A DNA stretch of 64,000 bases, taken from positions 34,410,001 to 34,474,000 of the forward strand of contig OZ024756.1 of assembly GCA_964016885.1 (NCBI GenBank). Direction: 5' to 3'. A program made the position numbers and the translations under genes. This DNA is from Eledone cirrhosa (lineage: Eukaryota). The notes below the pieces were generated by a model. It had not been told where the DNA came from, did not search any database, and saw only the letters and a list, made by a program, of their open reading frames with translations. Positions 39,221-51,594 of this stretch are shown in pieces; position 1 is the stretch's first letter; each line of letters begins with the position of its first letter.

Positions 39221-39385
39221 CAGGGTTTCCCAAACCTTTTCAAATGCAGAACCCTTTTTGGTTCAGAAACGTTTGTAGGAACCCCAAAGTCTAATACTGT
39301 TATATGGTCGTAATATAAATATACTCCTCTACCTTTTTTCAGAACCCCAGACACTCCTTTGCGGAACCCATTTTGGGAAACACTG
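39221..39385. mobile_element. hAT-type MITE with 8-bp TSD
   Basis: TIR CAG(G/T)GTTTCCCAAA. TSD GCTTGGAC at 39213-39220 and 39386-39393. Confidence 0.9.
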
Positions 39386-40022
39386 GCTTGGACACTTATG
39401 AAGAGTTTGTTATCCTTTATGATAACCAGATGGCATCAAAAAATCTATTCCTCTTGACAATTTGGCAACACGAGTCCCAAAACAAAGGAAGTAAAATTCG
39501 TTGGATACAGTACGAGGGAAATCGCTTATCTCTAAAACCAAATGGCCGGCGTATGTGGTCGCATGATCTGTTTACAGACTTGCCAACCTTTAAAAACCGA
39601 AACGGGGAGTACCATGAAAAATAAAATGTCCCCAAAACGGGGAGAAATGAGGCAAAATGGGGAGATTTTACTGAAAGAAATACTCATTTTCACAAGAGAA
39701 GAGGTCTTTCACCCACCTCACCCCCAAAATAGAAACATTTAACTGCTCTATACATGTTCTCCTTTACTTCAGTTTTTCTTATATTTCTGTTCCTTGTAAT
39801 TTTTTCCCTCTCATTTATTTTTCTCATATGTAATTAGATACCTTTCTATATCTGTCATTGCTTACCAGTTTTACATGGACGTTTAAATTGATTAAATAAA
39901 TTAAATAAACATATTCTAAGCTAATTTCAAAAACAAATTGTTACTTTAAAAAAAAAAAGGTTTGTGCTGCTATTTAATGAAATTAATCTGACCGTCCACG
40001 CAGGGCCGTATTGTTCAAAAGG

Positions 40023-40082
<60 letters not shown>

Positions 40083-40155
40083 GGTGTGGGATGCTTAAAG
40101 CGTCCGTATGCGGTAGGCCGTTTGAGCACTCGATGCTCTTACAGAGCAGAGTATA

Positions 40156-40417
40156 ATATCACATAAAAAACGGAGAATTAGTGGTGCGACAAATTAAAAT
40201 TTATTAGACATATTACAATCGTTTCTCTGGCGACCAGCTGGAGGAACGATCGATGCAATGATCGAACCTGACTCTGAAATCGCAAGATCCTCAGATACGT
40301 CTCGATTCTTACTGGACATTGCATCGATCGTGCCTCGAGCTGGTCGCCAGAGGAACGATTGTAATATGTCTAATAAATTTTAATTTGTCGCACCACTGAT
40401 TCTCCGTTTTTTATGTG

Positions 40418-40421
<4 letters not shown>
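40156..40421. mobile_element. Fold-back Penelope-like (pLTR) insertion, ~105-bp inverted arms and 56-nt spacer
   Basis: Arms 40156-40260 and 40317-40421 differ at a few positions. Contains a hammerhead plus AATAAA and abuts (TA)n. Confidence 0.75.
40206..40302 (-). ncRNA. Type-I hammerhead ribozyme, catalytic core intact
   Basis: Minus strand: stem I AGACGUAU/AUAUGUCU (8 bp incl. one GU), CUGAGGA, stem II UCUUGCGA/UCGCCAGA (7 of 8 pairs), GAAA, stem III AC-GAUU-GU, cleavage triplet GUA (predicted cut between 40214 and 40213). AAUAAA follows immediately. Confidence 0.8.
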
Positions 40422-40449
<28 letters not shown>

Positions 40450-41699
40450 ATATAGTGAGAGAGTGAGGGAGGGAGAAGGTATAAATCCGACCTCGACATA
40501 TATAGTGAGAGAGGGAGAAGGTACACCTTTCAAAGGTGTACTTTCCTTTGTACCCACTCTGCATATCTCCATACATTGAGTTCTCCCATATGATATGTGG
40601 TCTCCCCGGTCGCAGCACCGCAGGTTCTCTCTCTATTCAGCCCTATGAACTACTCTTTGCTGGATGGCCAAATTAATTCCATTAAACAGTAGCACATACA
40701 CATGGCCGTTTAAATCATGTCTGACTAGCCTGAAGTCTAGAGGCTTGCAGGGATCTTGGATCCGTCCATTTATTATTATTATTTTATTATTTATGGTCTG
40801 AGTTCAAATCCAGCCGAGGTTAACTTTGCCTTTCCTCCTTACGGGGTCGATAAAATAAAGTACCAGTAATGCACTGGGATAATTGCTGGCCTTGTGCCAA
40901 AAGTAGAAACAATTATTATTTTATTATTTTTTAATATGTAGTGTGGTGAAAGATTAAAGTTTCTGAAGGAGTCCGAAATAATTGAAAGCATAGAGGGTTC
41001 GGCCATGGGTTTAATACGGCCCTGCAATTCTGTGGCTGCCTTGGCTACGTGCAGTGTGTACTCGCGGGAATGTTTTCTATTGTATTGAAAGTACTCTATG
41101 TAAGTGAGTGCAATGTTTGCCTAGTTATGAATATGGTCTGGCTGTTGTGCATATATATATATATATAATTATTGTTGTTATTAAATATTTCCATATTTTT
41201 GAATGAAGTATTAAATACTACAAATTTAAGTCTCTCTCTTTAAAGAAAAACGTCAGCAAGTGTAATAATGGTGTAATCGTGAGGAGAATATGGGGGTGTA
41301 GTGGAGTAGTTTTGAAACGAAACGGGATAGAGAGAGAAAGGGAGAGATCAAAGAGAAAGATGGATGGAGCAGACTGTATGGTAGAGAGACCAAAGGGGAA
41401 AAGGTGTCTGTATGTGTGTGAAAGAGAAAGAGAAGAAATAGAGGATATGTGTATGTGTGTGTGAAAAGAGAAGTAGAGAGAGTATGTGTGTGTGAAAAGA
41501 GAAGTAGAGAAAGTTATAAAAGAAGACAAAGCAAGGCGGTTACTAATTACGCACACCCATCTTGAAAACACACACACACACACACACACGCCAACCTATC
41601 TAACTACCTCCTATGTACGTCCGTAACCGGTGTACATAAGCAAACACACACACATATATATAGAGAGAGGGGGGAAGAAAACCATTATTATTAACATCT

Positions 41700-41816
41700 T
41701 CTGACGTTAAGTCTTGGAAGAGCCAGTAAAGTATGTACGTACGTCAGAAGAGACCGACAAGACTTCCGCTAAGTCTACCTCTTTCTCCCCCCATCCAATA
41801 TACACATACACATTTA

Positions 41817-41852
<36 letters not shown>

Positions 41853-41960
41853 CATACACACATAAGTCTAACTCCTTGCGTATACGCCCCTCTTTTCTCC
41901 CCACCCTGTATATATACATATATAAAGCCACGCGCACCTCTGATTTGCGCTGCTAATTTT
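41700..41960 (+). promoter_or_regulatory. Putative promoter of the calmodulin-like gene
   Basis: TATAAAG at 41921, CRE half-sites TGACG (41702) and CGTCA (41742), and local CpG retention about 550 nt upstream of the ATG. Confidence 0.4.
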
Positions 41961-42474
41961 CTGAACAGAAGTTCATTCAGCTTTCATAATAGAAGATAAA
42001 TTTAATTCTGTTTCTTTTTAACATACGGAACAGTAACAACAACAACATCAACAATAACATAAAGGAAGGTTTATTAAACAAAACAGCATTAACAATTAAC
42101 AGCTTTGAAACACCCAATCAACTGAGCAAATTGCATACAAACATTGGGAAGAAGGAAAACAATTTTTTTTTTAAATTGCACCGCTAAAAAAAAAAAAAGA
42201 AAAGAAATCGATCTCGATTCAATAGAAGAAAAAAAAAGGTCGAAAAATATTGAAAAAACATACGCATACATACAAAAAACTACAATTAATAATTTGTCAA
42301 CCACATTTAAAGGGGTTGATAATTTAGTAATATTTCTATAAACCTGTGTAAAGTAAACAACTGCAAAGAAACGTTTCTGATTGATATATATATATTGATT
42401 ATATATATATATACATATATTGATATATTTATATATATTACATTTTATATATATTTATGTATTGCAAAGAGTTG

Positions 42475-45400
42475 ATGACTTCAGGCCCAAACGCGAAGAT
42501 GCTGGTGAGTATTTGATTTATTTCTTTATTTCACGGACTTGCCGGCTGTCTTCTTCTTCTTCCTCCATCATGAAAGTGCGTGGCTTAATGGTTAGAGTAT
42601 TGTGCTCACGATCATAGGTCGAGGGTTCGATTCCAAGACCGAATGATGCGTTGAGTTTTTGACAAAAGACGTTTCGTGTTGCTCGAGTTAACTGAACTAA
42701 AACAAAACAAAAAAAAAATGAATGGCAACAGGCAGATGGGGATTAGCCCTGCGAGGGACTGGCGTCCCTTCCAGGGCGGGGTCGGTATGTCTTGTGTCTC
42801 TTAGTCGCTTAACGCCAATGAAACCGGAATATGGGATAAGATGCGGGAGTTTTGTCCAACTTGTACAAGCATGGGAAAATGGACATAAAACGATATCTTA
42901 AATTCATTAGTTTAACTGTTATTATTGGCAGATCAACTATGAAATTAAAAGAAAAGTTATTAAATCCTTTATTATTTTGTTCATACAATTCTCTGAATAA
43001 TGTACCATTGGTAGAATGATTTCTCCTATGATTAATTGCTGTAATGAACGATGTTAACATTTTTTTTCTTTCGACGATTAAATGTTATCAAGGAATCGTG
43101 CAATGCACGAACACTGACTTTTTAAAGTGTGCAGTGAATCCACGGTGGCATCCTACTACCGACGGAAACCCATTAGTCGGATCTGTCATTACATTTATAA
43201 CAGGAATCTCCTGTTATAAAGAAAAAGAGAGCGAGAGAACCCTTCTACTATAAAAAATATCAGCATTCTTTCGTTTTAAGTTTCATAGAAATTCTGAATG
43301 TCTAGCAATCACCGTACATCGCATCTTTTTTTTTTTTTTAATATTATTATCCACCCTAATTTCATTTTACATTCCGGAATTTACAGCTATGGTCCGATTA
43401 TGAGGACAGTGGATTGGCAGTATCGGTAGAGCGTTCGACAACATGCTTTGCGGCATATAGTTACGGCCTTTAACGTTCTGAGTTCAAATAATGATTTCTA
43501 CTATAGGCACAAGGCCAGCAAATTAGGTGGAGGGGAAAATCGACTCCAGTGCGTGACTGGTACTTTATTTTATCGACCCCGTAAGGATGAAAGGCAGAGC
43601 TAAGGTCGGTGGGATTTAAACTCAGAACGTAAAGGGACGTAACTCTATACCACAAAGTATATTGTCCGACGCTCTACCGATTCTGCCAATCCACTACCCT
43701 ACATATCTGGCAAATAATTGTTTCTACTTTTGGCACAAGGCCAGCAATAACCCAATGCATTACTGGTACTTTATTTAATCGACCCCGTAAGGATGAAAGG
43801 CAAAGTTAACCTCGGCGGGATTTGAACTAATGCGCCAAAGCATGGTGTCCGACCCTCTACCGATACTGCCAATCCATCAATGGTTTATGATTTAGGTACA
43901 AGGTTAACAATTGGGGGGGGGGGGGATTGATCAAATCGACATCAGTGCGTTACTGGTACTTTATTACGGACACAGCCCACCTTTGCCATCTGAGTGGAGA
44001 GGACCAATTAGAATGCAGTTTGTTTCATTAGAATTACGGGTTTGAAAGTTCGTTTTTGTAACCACATTATCATACACTCTTTATTTTCCAATGGGTTCCT
44101 CTTGGGTCTCCTAACCCCCCACCCCCACCCCACCTCCAAGGGGAATGTTAGTGTTCGCTTTAGTAATCGCTGATCTAATGTGCCTTTTCCTTATCTAAGA
44201 TGGTAGGTATTATGTAATTCAAGAGACATTTGCCTGTCGTTGTTATTGTTATTGTTTCAAGTGTTTAGTGGCTGGAAGATTACAGTTAGTAATTTAGTTT
44301 TTTATCTCATCTCTCTCCCCCACTTCACCACCATCACCGCCACCACCACTAACAGCATCATCACCAACATCACCTTCATTACCACCACTAGTACCATCAC
44401 TAACAACAATGACAATTTTGGCACAAGGCCATCAATTTTTGGGGAGGGGAAAGTCGATTAAATTGACGTCAGTGCATGTCTGGTACTTCATTTTTATGGA
44501 ATGGACTCTGTAAGGATGAAAGGCAAAGCTAACTTCAGCGGGATTTGAACTCGGAACATGAAACGGCCATAACTCTATGTTGCAAAGCATGGTGTCTGAC
44601 GGATACTGCCAAAATGCCAACATAACCGCAAAACTAAACACTACCACCACCACCACCAATATCACCACCCCCGCCCCAAACTCCACTCCACCCCCACCAC
44701 TACACTGCCGGTCATGTCACATTATAAACACTTGTAATGGTCTGACTATGAGGAGAATCATCATTTTGAGATCGTCAACTCGTCAAGTACGAATTTCCGC
44801 TGAACTTTCTCATCTTGAAGCACACAAAAAAAGGACCCCCACTGCTCTCTCACCATACACTCACTTGCAGCAGATTTAGTGTTGTTGTTGTTGTTGTTGT
44901 TATAGTGGTGGTGGTGGTGGTGGTGGTAGTTGAAGCTTCTCATCTTGAAGGCAAAAAAAACCATTGCTCTCTCACCATATACTCATTTGCAGCTGGTTTA
45001 GTGTTGTGGTTGTGGTGGTGGTAGTTTTTATCATTAGTTGTTAGCTTATTGTTGTTGTACTAAGCTGCTGTCACTGTTGGTGGTAGTAGTAGTAATAGTA
45101 GTAGTAGTTGTAATAAACTGTTGCCGTCCTTGGTAGCTGTTGTTGTCAGTAGTTGCAATAATAGTTGTTGTCATTGGTACCTGTTGTAATAGCAATAGTT
45201 GTAGTCATTGAGGTAAGAGTTCCCTCCCCTTTCTCATTCAATATCAGTGTATGTATATGTATGTGGTGGTGCAAGGGTTAAGTCATTGAAATTATTAGTC
45301 ATCAGGCATCAATGTGCTACTGTTTTTCTTGTGGTGGTGGAGTGTCCGTCACTCACAGTGTGTGTGTGGAGTGTGTCCTTCAGTTTGTGTGTGTGGAGTG

Positions 45401-45508
45401 TGTCCCTCAGTTTGTGTGTGGAGTGTGTGTAATTTTAAGTCATTGAAGTAAGTGTATATAAATTAGTCATCAAAGTAGATGATTAATAAACAAACATCGT
45501 AGAGAGAT

Positions 45509-45563
<55 letters not shown>

Positions 45564-47956
45564 AGTCATCGAAGTACTTATGTCAATCTATGGCAGGTTA
45601 GTTGATGGGTTAGCAGGGGGGGGGGGGGGGTAATTGATCTTCTTACATTACTAAAACACTTAAAGGCTGTTTTCCATGTTTCCATGTTAGCATGGGTTGG
45701 ACAAGTTGCTACAGTCCTGGTCAGATTCTTATTCAGAGCTTTAAGATGTGTTGGAGGACCACGTCTCATTCATACAGTCTAATGTTTGGCATGATTTCTA
45801 TAGCTGGGTGACCTTCCTTATATCAGCTACTTTACTGAGTGCATTGGGTGCATTTTATCCTGGCGCCAACACTTTGTTGTTGAGGCCTCAACACCACTAA
45901 AGAGTCTCCTCTACTCTTCGTTGTCACCATTCAATTGTCAACCACTTTACAGAGCGTACTGGGGGCATTTTATTATGGCACCAACACTAGAGAGGTTGTC
46001 ATGCCCTCAACATGACTAAAGAGTTTTCTCTGTCCTATTTTGTCCCATTTCAACCATCAACCACTTAACAGAATACTGGGTGCATTTTATCACTAAAGAT
46101 ATATTGTCGGCCTTGGTAGATGCTGCAGGTTTACAGAAGGATTATAAAAGAGAAAGGATTGCAAATGAGAAAGGATCACATATGAGAAAGGATTACATAT
46201 GAGGAAGGATGGCAAATGAGGAAGGATTGCAGATGAGAAAGGATTGCAGATGAAGAAGGATTAAAGCTGATAAATAATTACATACACACACACACATATA
46301 CATATACATGTGTGTGTGTGTATATATCTGGGGCCACTGTATGCCTTTTGAGATTATGGGTATGTAGCTGGAAATTCTTCTCTAAGATGCAAGCTTAGGC
46401 AAGTTTTTCTACAGAAGACTCATACACACAAGTCTTTCCTTCCCACACCAAACACACACACACACACATATGTATACACACACGTATGTATACATATATT
46501 CACTCAGCGATATGTGTATACAAATTTTGAATGCATGCTTTTGCTGCACAAAAGTATTAGGTATTTAAAAAAATCTCAAAAGACATGAATAGAAAGACAG
46601 ACAGACATAAGCAGGCAGACCGACAGACAGATTGATTTAGAGAGTGTGAAGAAACTTACGTAAAATATGACCACTTCCTGTTTTTTAGGTCAACATTTCT
46701 AATTATCTGGCGGAAATCATTATAACCGATGACCTCTCTCATCTGTTTTAAAGACTGCAGCTGCAACAGTGGTGATGTTGTTGTTGGTGGTGATAGTGGT
46801 GGGGGTTTTGGTGGTTTTGGTGTTGATGTTCTTGGTAGTGGTTTTGATGTTGATGGTTTTGGTGGTGGTGGTGGGGTGTTGGTGGTTTTGGAGATGTTTT
46901 TGTTGGTGGTAGTGGTGATAGTGGTGGGGGTTTTGGTGGTTTTTGTGTTGATGTTGTTCTTTGTAGTGGTTTTGGTGATGGTGGTGGTGGTAGAGTGTTG
47001 GTGGTTTTGGGGATGTTGGTGGTGGTGGTGGTTGGGGTGGGGGTATTAGTAGTATTAGTAGTTATGGCGATGATGGTGGTGGGAAAATAAATTATGAACA
47101 GTTTAAGAACCACAATCTTAGTCAAAATATATTTTGGTCAATCTGTGCATCATCAATGTTCTAGAGACTGGCATATATATGTGACACTGCTGGTCGTCTA
47201 CAAAACTCCCTGTCTAGGCCTGGGCTTCAAAGTGTCAAACCCGTGGTCAGTTCATCATGGGCATAAAACCTATGGCTAGTCGTGACCAAAAGAGGCCCTT
47301 TTCCTTTCCTTTCCCTTTTTTTCCCTTGGTCAATCCAAATATTTAATATTTTTTATTATCTATCTTTTCAGACGAAAGCTCCAGTGAGGCACCCAGAAAA
47401 AGAATTGAAAGGTATTCATTTATTTATATATATTATTATATTGTTTCTGGTATGTGGCTTAGTGGTTAGGGTGTTGTGTTCACAATTGTAAGGTCATGGG
47501 TTCAATTATTCCTGAATTGGGCAACATGCTATGTCCTATAATCTTCTTGGTGCTGTGGACAATTCATAAAAAACATTCAGCCTCCTAAAGGTTAAGGAAA
47601 ACATTTAATTTCACATTGCTCCAGTGCATCCAGCTGGAAAAAATGAATCCCAGCAGCAACTGATGGGGTTAACCCTGTGACAGATTGGCATGTCGGCCAG
47701 GGAGAGAGTAGTTTTATATTCACAGTCACTTGACCCCAATTAAAATGGGGTAAGCTTCAGCCTGATGAACAGGGAAACTATGGGAGCCTGTCAGATGGAC
47801 TGTGCCTGTATACAATATCTGTTTCTTAAGTGGTAGGCTTAATCTGTTGCCCAGTTTAATACCATTGCCTGGTTGCCCTCTGTTATAAGGGTTTATTTCA
47901 CCCCTCCTTTCCTTCCCCTCCCACCAGTTTTGGAGACCCTACATGAGGGTCATGGG

Positions 47957-47995
<39 letters not shown>

Positions 47996-48845
47996 CATCA
48001 TCATCATTTGATGTCTACTCTCCTTGCTAGCTAGGAATAATAGGCCATCACAGACCAAGTGACCACTTAATTGAAGCCACTAGAGAGAGACAGAAAAAGA
48101 GAGAGAGAGTAATGGACCTTGTTCTGTAATCTTATACTTTATCCCATTCTTTTCAGGGCTTCGTGAAGCTTTTCGATTCCTTGACATCAATGGAGATGGA
48201 ACTGTGTCTGTCCATGAACTTCGGACAATTATGCACAGTCTTGGACATTTCCCTTCTACTGAGGAACTGAGACAAGTTCTCCGGGATCACAATTTCACAG
48301 GTAGGTCACATAATGAAATACTTGTTTTTAGTGTTGTTGTTGTGTAGCTCCTGGTCAGCCCAGGAGCTACACAAGTGTAGCGCTGTCATTGTTATTGTTG
48401 TTGTTGTTGTCATTGTTGTAACAAGAATTTTTGAAATAACATAATAGATAAATGAAATCTATATAATAATTGTTTATTTGTGTTTCTTTGTATTGAAGGT
48501 GACGGTTTTTTGACGTTTGATGAATTTGTTGGTACAATGGCGAGTTACGTGGGATTTTCTACATCGGAACATGAGAAAGAGCTTCGTGAAACATTCAAGG
48601 TACGCTTGTAATCAATGATGTCAGCATTTCAAATATATTCTGGAAAAAACTCATCTAACCTCATGCAAGCATAGTAAAGCACATGTTAAAAGTATGATGA
48701 TATATATATATATATAAGTAGTAACACAAAAGTTAGTTCACCATACCGAGAACAATTGTTTCAACTGTTGTGTTACTACTTCTACCAAACTCGTCCCATG
48801 GACTGAGTACTCTACTACTACGGATATTACCTTCCAGTGTTCTAC

Positions 48846-48890
<45 letters not shown>

Positions 48891-49221
48891 TGTAATAAAC
48901 AACATAAGGCAATTATTCCATTTACCAGTGGTTTCTTAAAAGCAAAAAATTTTGCTTTCAATCCTCAGAATGAAAAAATCCTGGTCTGTTTATTGAATTT
49001 GGATTTTAAAAACAAAAATGCAATCAATTTTTAAAATCCAAATTCAATAAACAGACCAGGATTTTTTCATTCTGAGGATTGAAAGCAAAATTTTTTGCTT
49101 TTAAGAAACCACTGGTAAATGGAATAATTGCCTTATGATGTTTATTACATAACTATTAAGCTCTGTTATCTACATAGAGCACTCTTTTTTCCTGGACTTT
49201 TCCGACAGAATTACTTCATTT

Positions 49222-49263
<42 letters not shown>

Positions 49264-51594
49264 TGTACACTCACACACACACACACACACATATTTTCAT
49301 GATAGGATTGTATATTCTAACATTAAAACAACTTGGAAACCTTTAAAATGGGTGGCTTTACTTCATAGAACCAGAGCCGGTTTTGGCCAGGTTGGTAACA
49401 AAGGGGTTAAAACACTCCAGAAACCTCCTATGAGCTACAACCTCATAGGTGTTAGCTGTAAATTTTATTTTTGTTTTTTGTTTTGTTTTTTTTCAATGAA
49501 TCCATTATATTTTGTGTGAAAAAATTAAACTAACGAAGCATGTTTTCTTGTTTTACATTGCAGTATTTCGACAGGTCAGGACGAGGCTTCATTTCTTCTG
49601 ATGATCTTCGAACAGTTCTCGAATGTCTTGGAGAAGATATAACCGAAGAAGAACGTGAGTACACCATTATCATCATCATCATCATCATCATTATTCTATG
49701 TCCACATTCCATTCTAAGCACAAGTTGGACAGGTTGTCGTGATCTGAGTTGTTATTCAAGTTACTGCCATCCTAGACAGATGGAGGATAATGTCATGCTT
49801 ATACATTCCAATTTTGGGATGGCTTTTCGTGGCTGGATGCCTCTACCATCAACCACTTTACAGAGTGTACTGGGTGTATTTTATTGTCGCCATCACTAGT
49901 GTGGTTGATATATCCTCCACAAGTCTAATGAGTTCTCTATTGGCATTTCAAACCACTTTACAGAGTGTACTGGGTGTATTTTATTGTCACCATCACTAGT
50001 GTGGTTGATATATCCTCCACAAGTCTAATGATTTCTCTTTACTATATGTTGTCTCAATTGGCATTTCAAACCACTTTACAGAGTGTACTGGGTGCATTTT
50101 ATTGTGACACCAGTACTGAAGAGCTGGTCATGACCTCCTTGACAAGATTAAGACATTTTTTTTTCAAGGCAAAAAAATATTACTAAGAGGATGAATTTAA
50201 AGGGGAGTGATGACCAAGAGTTGGAAAAGAGAGAGTATGGTGTGAGTGAGAAGGAGGAAACAAAGTGATGACTGAGTAGGAGGGAGAGTGATGGGTAGAA
50301 GGCTGAGTAGAGAGTGAATGATGAGTAACACAGAAGAATGTGTGTTAGATGTCAACTGAGAGTCTCATGCAAAAGAGTGCACGCACACACACATATATAT
50401 TTATATACACACACACACATATATTTATACCTACACACACACACATATATTTATACCTATACACATACATATATTTATATATATGCACACACTCTACCAC
50501 AAGTATTGTGTGGTCAATCAGTTAATTTTTTAGTGTTACAAATACTATGGTATTTTAAACAATCATTCTAATACACACACACACACACAAACATAGGTCT
50601 TCTGCTCTGAGTATGAAGTGATGATAACATTTGTGTATGTTTTGTGTTATTCCAGTTGAAGAAATGATAGCAGAGGTGGATATTAATGGTGATGGAAGGA
50701 TTGACTTTGAAGGTAAATTTATCAACTTCTCTTACTCTGCTTTTGCCTTTCATATATATATATATATATATATTGATGGGTTTTTGATATGGGTTAGATG
50801 GACTGTCATTTCTGAGATTTGATAGGCTACAGAGACCTCATCTTGCTTATACAGAGTGGAATGGTTTGCACCATGGTATCAGTACTACCACTTTACAGAA
50901 TGGACTTGGTATATTTTATTATGGTTCCAGTACTGCTAATTTTATCATGGTATCATCAATACTATTTTACAGGGTGAACATGGTGTATTTTCTCATAGTA
51001 GCAACACTACCACTTTACAGAATGGACTTGGTATATTTTATCATGGTATAAGCACTATCACTTTAGAGAATGAACTTGATGTATTTTGTCATGGTACCTA
51101 TACTTCCACATTACAGAATGGAGTGGGTATATTTTATCATGGTATGAGTACTGCCAATTTACTGAGTTAACTGGGTGTATTTTATCATGGCACCAGAACT
51201 GCCACTTTAGAGAGTGGACCAGTTTGATACTAACACAAGCAACTTTACAAAGTTGACTGGATGCATTTTATCATGGTAAAAATATTGATTTTCATATTTA
51301 CCACATGTTTGAGCAGAAATGTATCTATCGTAGTACTAGCACTACAACTTTACAGAGTGGACTTGGTATATTTTATCATGATACCAGCACTGTACTTTAC
51401 AGAGTGGACTGGGTGCATTTTATCATGGTAAAAATGTTGATTTTTATATTTACCACATATTTTAGCAGAAATGTATTTTATTGTATTTTTATTTTCCTTA
51501 TCTTGCAGAATTTATCGCTTGTCTAAAGGAACATGATGACCGCAGGTGGTCAGTCAGCGTGGATATTTCTCCGGACAATCGGACACTGAAATAA
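42475..51594 (+). CDS. Calmodulin-like 4-EF-hand Ca2+-binding protein, 182 aa, 7 exons
   Basis: join(42475-42504,47372-47411,48157-48300,48499-48599,49564-49654,50656-50712,51509-51594), all GT-AG with consistent phases. LREAFRFLDINGDGTVSVHELRTIMHSLG...ELRETFKYFDRSGRGFISSDDLRTVLECLGEDITEEELEEMIAEVDINGDGRIDFEEF. The first two exons are less certain than the EF-hand exons. Confidence 0.9.
43405..43880. mobile_element. Cluster of family-A SINEs (one + head, two - copies)
   Basis: + head at 43405-43489 faces - copies at 43490-43700 and 43714-43878. Confidence 0.8.
48885..49155. repeat. Near-perfect palindrome (128-bp arms, 1 mismatch, 15-nt loop) in intron 4 of the calmodulin-like gene
   Basis: 48885-49012 is the reverse complement of 49028-49155. 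Confidence 0.95.
50850..51480. repeat. Degenerate ~41-bp tandem array derived from a SINE-C subrepeat
   Basis: Iterated CCACTTTACAGAGTGGACTKGGTRTATTTTATCATGGTA. Confidence 0.8.

Noticed and set aside
51490-51508. U12-like branch point TTTTCCTTAT before the last calmodulin-like exon
   Set aside because: The donor is GTAAAT (U2 type); the match is just the pyrimidine tract.
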